Positions 1 to 8,338 are shown, numbered from the stretch's first letter. The stretch: 64,000 nt of DNA from Candidatus Angelobacter sp. (GCA_035606955.1 DATNDO010000043.1:16080-80079); one strand, 5' to 3'. A program made the numbers and translations. The notes: a model not told the origin generated them from the sequence alone.

Positions 1-324
1 TCCTGCATCGGGCACATATTTTGGGTGCACGGAACCAAATGCGAGCAACCGCTTCGGATCGGCGGAACAGTATTTCGCGATCCAGTCATTCACTTCAGGC
101 GGAAAACCAATCACGTCTGGACTCACGTAATTAATCAAGCCCGCGCGTTCGATTCCAGCTTCATCCAGAAATTGCAGGAACAGCTTTGGATCTGCGGAAT
201 ATTTTTGCACTTCGGGGTAATCTTTGCGGCCTTTTTGAATCAACGCTAGAGCATGCGGCTTGAACATGTGCAAAGGCTGAATGTGAATATGAATGTCGAT
301 TACAGCGCCCGAATCGGATGGCAA
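1..324 (-). CDS. amidohydrolase-family metal-dependent hydrolase/decarboxylase (partial, runs off left edge)
   Basis: Not in the ORF track because no stop lies inside the window. The minus-strand frame reads TTG(324)-PSDSGAVIDIHIHIQPLHMFKPHALALIQKGRKDYPEV...KRLLAFGSVHPKYVPDAG and stays open to base 1. IDIHIH is the HxH metal motif of amidohydrolases. AAGGAGG lies 6 nt upstream of the TTG. Confidence 0.6.
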   Translation of the reverse strand, partial: MPSDSGAVIDIHIHIQPLHMFKPHALALIQKGRKDYPEVQKYSADPKLFLQFLDEAGIERAGLINYVSPDVIGFPPEVNDWIAKYCSADPKRLLAFGSVHPKYVPDAG

Positions 325-363
325 GCCATTCCTCCTTAAAATTTGGACCAACGGCGGCGCGGC

Positions 364-1365
364 CTATGCTTTCCCGTGGCCATTTCTCCAAGTGTCTTCG
401 AGCGCGCGTCGCGTAAACACGCGCACCATGTCACGACGATATACCGGCGTCGAACCGGAAGTCGTCAGCGGCTTGCCCGTCTGAATTGCGGCGTGCGCGA
501 CGCGCTCCGCGAGCTCCAGCGACCATTTCCGGCCAATGAGCGATTCGCTTGCTTGCATCACCAACATCGGAGCCGGATTCACAGCTGAGAGAGCGACGCG
601 CGCATCTTTGCAAATACCGGCAGAGTCGACCTCCATCGCTACGGCTACGCCAGCGAGCGGGTAGTCGATCGAGTCCCGCACGCGCAACTTGTGATACACG
701 CCGCAGCGGCCGGCCATACGCGCAGGCACGTGAACGGCGGTGACCAATTCGTTGCGCGCCAGGGCGATGCGATCCATGCCGTCATTCTTATAGAAATCGC
801 GCAGGGCAACACGCCGCGTTCCCGAACGACCGGCGATTTCCAGTTCTGCGTCGAGTGTCAAAAATGCGGGCGCGGAGTCGCCTGACCACGCGGCCCAGCA
901 AAAGTTTCCGCCAGGCGCGACGTGGCAGATGTCGCCGTCTTTTTTCAAGCAGCCACCAAGCGACTGACGCCAGAAATGCGATTGGTTGTACCAGCGACAG
1001 CGCGTTTCCAGGCACAGGTTGCCGCCGATCGTCCCCATGTTGCGCTGCAGCGGGCCCGCAACTGTGCCAATTGCGCTCGCAAGCACCGGAAATTTCTCGC
1101 GGAGCCATGGTGTATCGAGAATATTGGTCAGCGTGGCTGTCGAGCCAATGCGCAAGCCGTCGCGCGGTGAAAAATCTATCGTCGCCAATTCTCGCAGGAG
1201 TTTCACGTCCACTAACACACGCGGCGTAAAAAGCCGCATCTGCAAGTTGGGAATCACGTCGGTGCCGCCCGCAATCACCATCGCATCGGAGCCGTGTTGA
1301 TCCAGCATGTTGACCGCGTCGGCGACCGTGCGCGGCTGCAGAACGTGAAATGCAGGAAGCGTCAT
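364..1365 (-). CDS. FAD-binding medium subunit of a molybdenum hydroxylase (CoxM/HcrB-like) with an extra Cys cluster
   Basis: 333 aa. It has an AGGTD FAD-binding N-terminus. Its start overlaps the stop of the large subunit (ATGA). Insert with C123-x15-C139-x7-C147-x8-C156. Confidence 0.85.
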   Translation of the reverse strand: MTLPAFHVLQPRTVADAVNMLDQHGSDAMVIAGGTDVIPNLQMRLFTPRVLVDVKLLRELATIDFSPRDGLRIGSTATLTNILDTPWLREKFPVLASAIGTVAGPLQRNMGTIGGNLCLETRCRWYNQSHFWRQSLGGCLKKDGDICHVAPGGNFCWAAWSGDSAPAFLTLDAELEIAGRSGTRRVALRDFYKNDGMDRIALARNELVTAVHVPARMAGRCGVYHKLRVRDSIDYPLAGVAVAMEVDSAGICKDARVALSAVNPAPMLVMQASESLIGRKWSLELAERVAHAAIQTGKPLTTSGSTPVYRRDMVRVFTRRALEDTWRNGHGKA

Positions 1366-3716
1366 CGAGGGCTCCCGGCAAGCGATGCCTTCTTCGGAGC
1401 ATTTGATCCATTGCCACCCGCCGACTTCTGTTTTTCGCGCAATGCGTCCAGGATCTTATCCGGCGTGATAGGAATCGAGTTGATGCGTACGCCGACGGCG
1501 TCGAAAATCGCATTCGCAATCGCTGGTATCGTTGCCGCGAGCGAGCCTTCGCCGGCCTCTTTCGCGCCAAATGGGCCTTCCGGATCGATACTCTCGACTA
1601 TAATCGACTCAATCTCCGGATTCTCTTTCGTTGCGGGAATGCGATATTCGAGCAACGATGGATTCATCAGGCGGCCATCTTTCCAGATCATGTCTTCCTG
1701 CAGCGCCTGTCCAAACCCCATATAAACCGATCCCTCGATCTGCCCTTCGACTGTAAGGGGATTCAGCGCTTTGCCGCAGTCGTGCGCCGCGACAATTTTA
1801 TCGACGTGAACGTGGCCCGTTTCTGGATCGACGGTGACTTCCGCAACTTGCGCGCTGTAGCTGTACGCCGGTGAAGGACCCACGCCAGCGCCCTTGAATT
1901 TTCCGCCGCGCGCCGTTTCGGGAGGCGCGTAAGTGCCGCGAGCCGACAGCGCTCCGTGAAATTCGAGTGCGACGGCAACTGCTTCGTCGAACGAAAAACT
2001 CTTGCTCGCATCGCTCGTGTGCGACATGCGTCCATTTTTCGCTTCGAAATCTTCCGCCGCGCAGCCGAACTTCTTTGCTACCGCCGCGACAATTTGGTCG
2101 CGCATATCTTTCGCCGCATTCAGGCACGCGTTGCCGGCCATGAACGTTACGCGGCTCGAATAACTGCCAAGGTCAATCGGCGTAAGTTCCGTATCGGCCG
2201 CGATCAGCTTGATGCGATCCGCGGTGACGCCAAGAACCTCCGCGGCAATTTGTACCTGCATCGTGTCCGAACCCTGGCCGATCTCGGAAGCGCCCGTGTA
2301 AACGGTGACCGCCGCGTCGCGATCAATTTTGATGTGCACGGTCGTGTGCGGCATGTTCGAGCGAATGATAGGATTCGCCGCGCCGCTGACGTAATGGCTG
2401 CACGCCATACCCACGCCCTTGCCATAGGGCAGCTTGCCTTTCTTCTCCGCCCAACCCGAACGCTCAAAAACTTTCTCGACGCATTCCGGCAAGCCGTAGC
2501 TTGTGACGCGAAGCGAATTCGCCGTAATGCATGGTGCCTTCAGCAAATTTCGCCTGCGAACTTCGAGAGGATCAAGTCCGGCCTGATACGCTAACTGGTC
2601 AAGGATCGACTCGAACGCGAAACGAACGTTAACTGTGCCGTGGCCGCGCATTGCGCCACACGCAGGCTTATTCGTGAGCACGCGAAAACCGTCGTATTGC
2701 ACATTCGCGATATCGTAAATCGCTCCGAGCAGCGCGCCCGAATAGAGCACCGTCACCGGGCCATAGCCGCAGTACGCGCCGCCGTCTTGAATCACACGCG
2801 CTTGCACCGCGGTAATCTTCCCCGCGCGAGTCATCCCCACTTTCAAATAAACGATAGTGATTGGCCGGCCGCGATGCGCCAGGAACACTTCCTCGCGCGT
2901 ATACGTGATCTTCACGGGCTTGCGCGATTTTTTCGCAAGCACGCACGCGGCAACTTCAAGAGGAATAATTTCGCTCTTGCCGCCGAAGCCGCCGCCGATC
3001 AGCGGCTTGATTACTCGAATCTGGCTCATCGGCATTTCGCAAACTGCTGCGATGGTGCGATGGAGGTAGAACGGCACTTGCGTGGAGGAATGAACCGTCA
3101 GGCGCTCATCCGGTTCCCAAACCGCGAGCGTTGCGTGCGGCTCCATGGCAGCCTGATTGACTTCGCCAGCGTAATAACGCTCTTCCGCAACGAAATCCGC
3201 CTCGCCAAAACCTTTCACCGGATCACCGAATACGTGGTGATATTCCTTTTCGATATTTTGCGGCCGCTCTTCATTGATCCAGTTCGAGGCCGCTTTCATG
3301 GATTGTTCGGGATCGAACCACGCAGGCAATTGCTCGTAGTCGACGCGAATCAAATCGAGCGCCTGCTCGGCGATTTCCGGAGTTGCCGCTGCCACAGCAG
3401 CGATGTTGTCGCCGATGTAGAGAGCCTTGCCAAGCGCGAAAGCCCGCTCGTCGTGACCAATCGGCAAAATGCCATAAGGATTGCGCGCGTCTTCGCCAGT
3501 CGCCGTTACTTTGACGCCCGCGAGCGCTTCGGCTTGCGAAGTATCGATCGAACGGATGCGCGCATGTGCATGGGGTGAATGCAGGATTTTCCCGATCAGC
3601 ATTCCAGGAACGGAAAGATCGTCCGCATACTTGCCAAGGCCCGTGACTTTGGCGCGAGCATCCGTCATCGCCATAGGCTTGCCGATGATGCTGAAGCCGT
3701 TGGTATTTTTCGCCAT
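1362..3716 (-). CDS. molybdopterin-binding large subunit of xanthine-oxidase-family hydroxylase (HcrA/CoxL-like)
   Basis: 784 aa. The N-terminus is typical of the aldehyde oxidase/xanthine dehydrogenase a/b-hammerhead (IGKPMAMTDARAKVTGLGKYADDL). GGGFGGK motif. It sits between the 2Fe-2S and FAD subunits. Confidence 0.9.
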   Translation of the reverse strand: MAKNTNGFSIIGKPMAMTDARAKVTGLGKYADDLSVPGMLIGKILHSPHAHARIRSIDTSQAEALAGVKVTATGEDARNPYGILPIGHDERAFALGKALYIGDNIAAVAAATPEIAEQALDLIRVDYEQLPAWFDPEQSMKAASNWINEERPQNIEKEYHHVFGDPVKGFGEADFVAEERYYAGEVNQAAMEPHATLAVWEPDERLTVHSSTQVPFYLHRTIAAVCEMPMSQIRVIKPLIGGGFGGKSEIIPLEVAACVLAKKSRKPVKITYTREEVFLAHRGRPITIVYLKVGMTRAGKITAVQARVIQDGGAYCGYGPVTVLYSGALLGAIYDIANVQYDGFRVLTNKPACGAMRGHGTVNVRFAFESILDQLAYQAGLDPLEVRRRNLLKAPCITANSLRVTSYGLPECVEKVFERSGWAEKKGKLPYGKGVGMACSHYVSGAANPIIRSNMPHTTVHIKIDRDAAVTVYTGASEIGQGSDTMQVQIAAEVLGVTADRIKLIAADTELTPIDLGSYSSRVTFMAGNACLNAAKDMRDQIVAAVAKKFGCAAEDFEAKNGRMSHTSDASKSFSFDEAVAVALEFHGALSARGTYAPPETARGGKFKGAGVGPSPAYSYSAQVAEVTVDPETGHVHVDKIVAAHDCGKALNPLTVEGQIEGSVYMGFGQALQEDMIWKDGRLMNPSLLEYRIPATKENPEIESIIVESIDPEGPFGAKEAGEGSLAATIPAIANAIFDAVGVRINSIPITPDKILDALREKQKSAGGNGSNAPKKASLAGSPR

Positions 3717-3718
3717 GG

Positions 3719-4225
3719 TCAGTGGGTCGCCGGAACATGCGCCGCGGACTTCGTTCGCAGCTTTTCAATCGCGTATTTCACGGACTCGTAGATTTGCATG
3801 TAGCCGGTGCAGCGGCAGAGATTGCCGGAGAGCGCTTCGCGAATCTCGTCCATGGAAGGCTCTGGATTGCGGTCGAGCAGGGCCTTTGTGGCAATCATGA
3901 ACCCTGGCGTGCAATAGCCGCATTGCGCGCCGCCCATTTCCGCATAGCCTTCCTGCACGGGATCAAGTTCACCTGGGCCGCCGAGTCCCTCGACCGTCGT
4001 GATTTCGCGCCCTTCGTAGCTGGCTGCGAGCGCGACGCAGGAAAGCATTGGCGTTCCGTCGATGAGCACCGCGCAGCAGCCGCAACTCGAATCGTCGCAG
4101 CCCCGCTTCGAACCAGTGAGGCCAAGATCTTCACGTAGCGCATCCAGTACGAGCCGATTCGGCGCGATGGCGATTTCGCGCTCTTCGCCATTGACGCGCA
4201 AGCGCATGAGTTCTTTGTTCACCAC
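3719..4225 (-). CDS. [2Fe-2S]-binding small subunit of molybdenum hydroxylase (HcrC/CoxS-like)
   Basis: 168 aa. It carries both 2Fe-2S cysteine motifs (GCDDSSCGCC and CGYCTPG...CRCTGY). GTG start next to AGGAG. Confidence 0.9.
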   Translation of the reverse strand: MVNKELMRLRVNGEEREIAIAPNRLVLDALREDLGLTGSKRGCDDSSCGCCAVLIDGTPMLSCVALAASYEGREITTVEGLGGPGELDPVQEGYAEMGGAQCGYCTPGFMIATKALLDRNPEPSMDEIREALSGNLCRCTGYMQIYESVKYAIEKLRTKSAAHVPATH

Positions 4226-4230
4226 GTCTC

Positions 4231-4581
4231 CTAGGCGAGCTTCTTCAGCGCTTCTTCGTCGTACCCCAGCACGATTTGTTTCCCGGAAATTACCACGGGC
4301 CTGCGAATCAGATTCGGCTCCGCAGCCATCATTTTCAAAGCGTCCGCGCGCGAGGGCGGATTTTCCTTCATATTCCGCTGACGATACAGCTCATTTCGCG
4401 TGTTCAAGAACAATCGGTAATCCCGTTCGCCGATTAGCTTGTCCAGTTCCGCGACCGTCAAACGATCTTGAGCCAGATCCCTTAGTTCCAGTTCAACCCC
4501 GCGTTCGAGCAAGAGACCTCTTGCTTTGCGGCAGGAGGTTCATGTCGGCTTGTGCCAGAATTTAATTTTTGTTTTCGCCAT
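4231..4581 (-). CDS. Spx/ArsC-family redox protein, candidate selenoprotein (TGA 4540-4542 read as Sec, UxxC motif)
   Basis: The ORF track shows only 4231..4512 (93 aa), which lacks the family N-terminus. The same frame upstream reads ATG(4581) MAKTKIKFWHKPT-TGA-TSCRKARGLLERGVELE. The total of 116 codons is typical for this family. The C-terminal LIRRPVVISGKQIVLGYDEE is the family signature. Confidence 0.7.
4499..4542 (-). promoter_or_regulatory. candidate bacterial SECIS hairpin following the in-frame UGA
   Basis: The mRNA reads UGA-ACCUCCUG-CCGC-AAA-GCAAGA-GGUC-UCUUGC-UCGAAC-GCGG. A perfect 6-bp upper stem with a GGUC loop starts 15 nt after the UGA. A possible 4-bp lower helix is CCGC/GCGG. 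Confidence 0.5.
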
Positions 4582-4594
4582 TCTTGTTCGCCTT

Positions 4595-4933
4595 TCAGTA
4601 ACGCGGCACGCGCGGATCGATTTCCTGCGACCATCGGTCAATCCCGCCCGCCATCGAGCGCGCTCCGGAAACTCCTTGGGAACGCAACCACGCCGCGGCA
4701 TCGAGACTACGCCGGCCGCTATGACAGAAAAGTATGACGGTATCCGCTGCTTCGAATTCGGCCAGGCTTGCGGGGATCTGCCCCAGCGGAATCAGTTTTG
4801 AACCTTCGATATGGCAGAGCTGGTATTCCCACGACTCACGCACGTCGACAAAAAACAATTTCTCGCCCCGGTCGAGCTGTTGTTTCACTTCGGTGGGCGC
4901 AATCTCCAGATTCGCGAACAAGTCTTCAGGCAT
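4595..4933 (-). CDS. single-domain rhodanese sulfurtransferase
   Basis: Active-site loop CHSGRRS. ATG at 4933 is preceded by GGTGGAG with a 5-nt spacer; the track's longer ORF starts at TTG 4948. The stop lies 13 nt before the ATG of the Spx/ArsC-like gene. Confidence 0.85.
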   Translation of the reverse strand: MPEDLFANLEIAPTEVKQQLDRGEKLFFVDVRESWEYQLCHIEGSKLIPLGQIPASLAEFEAADTVILFCHSGRRSLDAAAWLRSQGVSGARSMAGGIDRWSQEIDPRVPRY

Positions 4934-4987
4934 TTTTCTCCACCGCAATTCTCCATCGTGCGTCCTGCTCTGACAGCGCGATACCTA

Positions 4988-5791
4988 TCATCTTCCCTGC
5001 CAGACGGGAGTACGTTTTTCAAGGAACGCGCGAATGCCTTCCTGCGCATCCTCGGTATGGATCAGGTCCCGCAAGTAAACTTCCTCGACGGTTTCCAGGC
5101 TCCGCTCAAAATCGAATCCCGCCGTTTTCCACAATGTACGCCGCGCCATTCCCAAAACGGCAGGACTGAGCGCGCCGAGCTCTTCGAGCAAGGCTGCAAC
5201 AGTGTTCTCCAACTCTCCGTCCGCAACCACCCGTGAAATAAGTCCAAGGCGTTGCGCTTCGCGCGCGGAAATCGTTCGGCCGCTCAATATCAGATCCACG
5301 GCCGCGCGCATCCCGACCAGCTTCGGAAACGTGACCATCGCCATGGGCGGAAAGCAGCCGAGCTTGATTTCGGGCTGGCCGAATTTCGCCGATTCTGTTG
5401 CGACGACGAAATCGCAGAACGTCGCCAGTTCGCAGCCGCCTCCCAGGCAGCACCCGTGCACGGCGGCAATAGTGATAAACCGGCTGTTCCATATTTCGCG
5501 GAAGATTCCGTGAAAGGCGTGGAGCATATCCTCGACGCGCTCTGGCGCATGATCTGAGACTTCCGCGCCCGCCGAAAAACCCTTTTCTCCTGCTCCCTGA
5601 AAAACCAGAACATCCATTTCTGGGCCCAGTTCTTCAATCACTGCGTTGATCTCGCGCATCATCGCGATATTCATCACGTTCAAAGGCGGACGCTCGAGCA
5701 CGATCCGCGCAATGCGGCCTTCGGTGCGTACGCGAACGCTTTCCAGGGCTAGCATGTCAATCGTTTTAAAATGCGCGGGACTACTCCCCAC
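4988..5791 (-). CDS. enoyl-CoA hydratase/isomerase (crotonase) family protein
   Basis: 267 aa. Crotonase fold motifs are present (FSAGAEV, GCCLGGGCELA). GTG start with GGAG upstream, 1 nt after the BoxB-like stop. Confidence 0.85.
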   Translation of the reverse strand: MGSSPAHFKTIDMLALESVRVRTEGRIARIVLERPPLNVMNIAMMREINAVIEELGPEMDVLVFQGAGEKGFSAGAEVSDHAPERVEDMLHAFHGIFREIWNSRFITIAAVHGCCLGGGCELATFCDFVVATESAKFGQPEIKLGCFPPMAMVTFPKLVGMRAAVDLILSGRTISAREAQRLGLISRVVADGELENTVAALLEELGALSPAVLGMARRTLWKTAGFDFERSLETVEEVYLRDLIHTEDAQEGIRAFLEKRTPVWQGR

Positions 5792-5792
5792 A

Positions 5793-6911
5793 TTACTCCA
5801 TCGAGCCCTTCGGCGCGATCCACTTCGGCTCCGTGCTCTGAATGTCGCTGATGAGCTTCAAGTCTTCTTCCTGCGGAAATACTTCTTTCATGTGCTCCGC
5901 ATATTTCGCAGGTGACAGCAATTCACCCGAGACGCTGTACGGTTGATTCGCAAATTCGCCGATATGGCGATTGAACTTTGGATCAGGAACGTAAAGCGGA
6001 GTCTTACCTGCAGGGACGTGCTTGTTGATTTGCTCGATCAATTTCAAGCACTCCGCGTAATAAAGATTGCGATTATGCTCGTTCATGTGGCCTAGGTCGG
6101 CGGCTTGCTGATTCTGTGCTTCGTCGTAACGTCCCTTGAGGCCCCAAACATAAAACCAGTGCGCCGAACTCGACTGATCGACGCCGAAAAGATCGTTGCT
6201 CACGGGAATCCATTTGTTGACGTATTTCTGCACTACAGTTAGAGGAACCACGCCGGCCTTCACGATGCGCTTGATCCCATCGTGGCCCGTGCCCAGGTGA
6301 AAAGATTCCTCGCGCAACATGGGAATCATCGACTGCGCCAGCGGCGCGAAGCCTGAGTAGCTCAGCATCGTGAGCTGGAATTTTCCGTCGCGGTCCACGA
6401 AATCAGTGTATGTGAAGAAGTCGAGCCAGTTACGCACGTCCTGGTTAAACGCGCCCAGCAGGCGCTTCTGCTCGAACGCGCGCCGCTCCAGCATTTTTTG
6501 CGCTTCCACGCGCCCGCCATAGCCGAAATGCGAAATCAGCAGCGTGCACATTTGCCAGCCGTGGCGCATTTCTTCGGTCACCACGCGGCAGAGTGATTTG
6601 CGGTCGTGCTCGCTCGGGCATGCCTCAAAAAGATGGCGCTGTTGCTCAACCGATGCGAACTCCGTGTCTCCCTGATAAATGATCAGATTCATCAGGCCGT
6701 CGCGTATCCGCTGGTCTGGAATTTCGAGGACTTTCTGCCACTTTGAACGGCCCTTGAACGCGCCGAATTCGATTTCGTTCGAGCGGATCGGGCCGAATTT
6801 CGCTTCGAATTTATAATTCTCAATTTCGGCATAGTTCACGCCAATTTCTTTGCGCCAGGAGCCGAATAAATCCACCCAGTCGTCAAAAGTTGCGATTCGT
6901 GTTGCAGGCAT
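5793..6911 (-). CDS. BoxB-like diiron acyl-CoA oxygenase (benzoyl-CoA 2,3-epoxidase B-subunit family)
   Basis: 372 aa. The stretch QGDTEFASVEQQRHL...EEMRH...DRDGKFQL...REESFHLG resembles BoxB as I remember it. Two ExxH diiron motifs. Strong GGAGGAG upstream of the ATG. Confidence 0.7.
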   Translation of the reverse strand: MPATRIATFDDWVDLFGSWRKEIGVNYAEIENYKFEAKFGPIRSNEIEFGAFKGRSKWQKVLEIPDQRIRDGLMNLIIYQGDTEFASVEQQRHLFEACPSEHDRKSLCRVVTEEMRHGWQMCTLLISHFGYGGRVEAQKMLERRAFEQKRLLGAFNQDVRNWLDFFTYTDFVDRDGKFQLTMLSYSGFAPLAQSMIPMLREESFHLGTGHDGIKRIVKAGVVPLTVVQKYVNKWIPVSNDLFGVDQSSSAHWFYVWGLKGRYDEAQNQQAADLGHMNEHNRNLYYAECLKLIEQINKHVPAGKTPLYVPDPKFNRHIGEFANQPYSVSGELLSPAKYAEHMKEVFPQEEDLKLISDIQSTEPKWIAPKGSME

Positions 6912-6974
6912 TGCTCCATCTCCTCCCGGGATCGTCCGGTCACCAGAGCTTATTTAAGATAAAAACTTGTTCCT

Positions 6975-7790
6975 TCAGCTCCCGCGAAACTGCGGCTCGC
7001 GCTTCGCGAAGAACGCATCGAGTCCTTCTGCACAGTCAGCCGAAAGGAAGCATTCCACTTGCTGCTCGATTTCCGCGTCGAGCGCGCGCTCCAACTCCTC
7101 GCGTTCAGCACCAATTAAAACCTGCTTGATCGCGCGAATCGCCATCGGAGGGCCGGCAGCCAATTGCGCGGCAAACTTTTTTGCTTCCTCCGCGAACTTT
7201 TCCTCCGGCACAACCCGATTCACGATTCCCAGCCGCTCCGCCTCAGCCGCGGAAATCATTTCCGCCGTGTAAAACAACTCCGCAGCCTTGGCCACGCCGA
7301 CAATCCTCGGCAGAAAATACGTCCCGCCGAAATCCGGGAACAGGCCCACTCGCGTGAAAGTCTCGCCAAAGGTCGCTTGATCGGACGCGATGCGAAGATC
7401 GCACGCCAGAGCCAGATTCATCCCAGCGCCTGCCGCTGGGCCATTCACCGCGGCGATCACCGGTTTCGGCATGGTGCAAATGGCCATTGCGATCTCTTTC
7501 CCCGCGCGCAATAGGCCTTCGAGTTCATGGCCGGCATTGCGCGAACGCGCGTCGCGAAGCACGGCCAGATCTCCTCCGGCGCAGAAACCGCGACCCGCGC
7601 CTGTCAAAATAATCACTCGTGTCGACCTGTCGGCAGCCGCGCGATTAAGTCCATCAACAAGCGCGCGACCCAACTCGACATTCAGCGCATTCAAACGCTC
7701 GGGACGGTTCAGGCGCAGACTCAACACGGCACCGTCGCGCTCCTCGAGAACCAGCGCTTCCGCCACCGATTTGTGCGTTGCACTCGACAT
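6975..7790 (-). CDS. enoyl-CoA hydratase/isomerase family protein
   Basis: Crotonase motifs (FCAGGDL, NGPAAGAGMNLALACD). I place the start at internal ATG 7790 (MSSATHKS...) because the longer track ORF would overlap the upstream mug gene by about 150 nt. Confidence 0.85.
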   Translation of the reverse strand: MSSATHKSVAEALVLEERDGAVLSLRLNRPERLNALNVELGRALVDGLNRAAADRSTRVIILTGAGRGFCAGGDLAVLRDARSRNAGHELEGLLRAGKEIAMAICTMPKPVIAAVNGPAAGAGMNLALACDLRIASDQATFGETFTRVGLFPDFGGTYFLPRIVGVAKAAELFYTAEMISAAEAERLGIVNRVVPEEKFAEEAKKFAAQLAAGPPMAIRAIKQVLIGAEREELERALDAEIEQQVECFLSADCAEGLDAFFAKREPQFRGS

Positions 7791-7801
7791 TACAGGCTGC
7801 C

Positions 7802-8311
7802 TCAAGTGCCCATCCGTTTCAGAACCGCGGCCAGCTTCCTGAAATAGCGCATCTTCACGCCTCGGCCCTTCGCATTCAGCGCGCTGGTGGAAGGCAGCAC
7901 GAAAACATCCGCGCCGTAGAGCTTTTCTTTCTGCAATCCAAGCATGCAAGGGCGGCCGGCAAATTTCTCGTAAACCATCTTGCCGTTGAACGCGACCAGA
8001 CGCGGGCGGAACTCTTCGAGCTTTTGCGCGAGTAGCACGCGGCCTTCCGAAAATTCCTCGCGTTCGATGTCGTCGATTCCCTTCGACGGCCGCTTGACCA
8101 GATCGGTAAGTCCTATGCCAAATTCCAGCACGCGGCGATCATCGGCATAGGCAATCGGCTCGGGAATCACGCCCGATTCATAGAGCAACGGCCAAAATTC
8201 GTTGCCGCGCCCCGCGTAATAGTGGCCCACGCGCGCTGAGCGTTCGCCGGGATTACATCCCACGACAATGAGCTTCATTCCTCGCCGGAGATAATCAGGC
8301 AGCGTGCGCAT
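7802..8311 (-). CDS. mug: G/U mismatch-specific uracil-DNA glycosylase (family 2 UDG)
   Basis: 169 aa. The GCNPG motif corresponds to GINPG of E. coli Mug. NEFW and LPSTSALN motifs also match. Family length is correct. Confidence 0.8.
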   Translation of the reverse strand: MRTLPDYLRRGMKLIVVGCNPGERSARVGHYYAGRGNEFWPLLYESGVIPEPIAYADDRRVLEFGIGLTDLVKRPSKGIDDIEREEFSEGRVLLAQKLEEFRPRLVAFNGKMVYEKFAGRPCMLGLQKEKLYGADVFVLPSTSALNAKGRGVKMRYFRKLAAVLKRMGT

Positions 8312-8338
8312 CGCTTCGAGCCAACTCCATCGTCACAT

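Noticed and set aside
788-1570. 260-aa Arg-rich minus-strand ORF
   Set aside because: It is an off-frame shadow spanning the FAD and Mo subunit junction. Its Arg/Ala-rich composition is typical of wrong-frame translation in GC-rich DNA.
2640-3578. 312-aa plus-strand ORF
   Set aside because: It is antisense to the well-supported molybdopterin subunit, has no domain signal and has Arg-rich composition.
4231-4512. ArsC/Spx-like ORF interpreted as an N-terminally truncated gene or pseudogene
   Set aside because: The upstream in-frame sequence is family-like. It has its own ATG at a sensible distance from the previous stop. The only interruption is a TGA exactly at the CxxC cysteine, followed by a hairpin. 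Sec recoding explains this better than decay.
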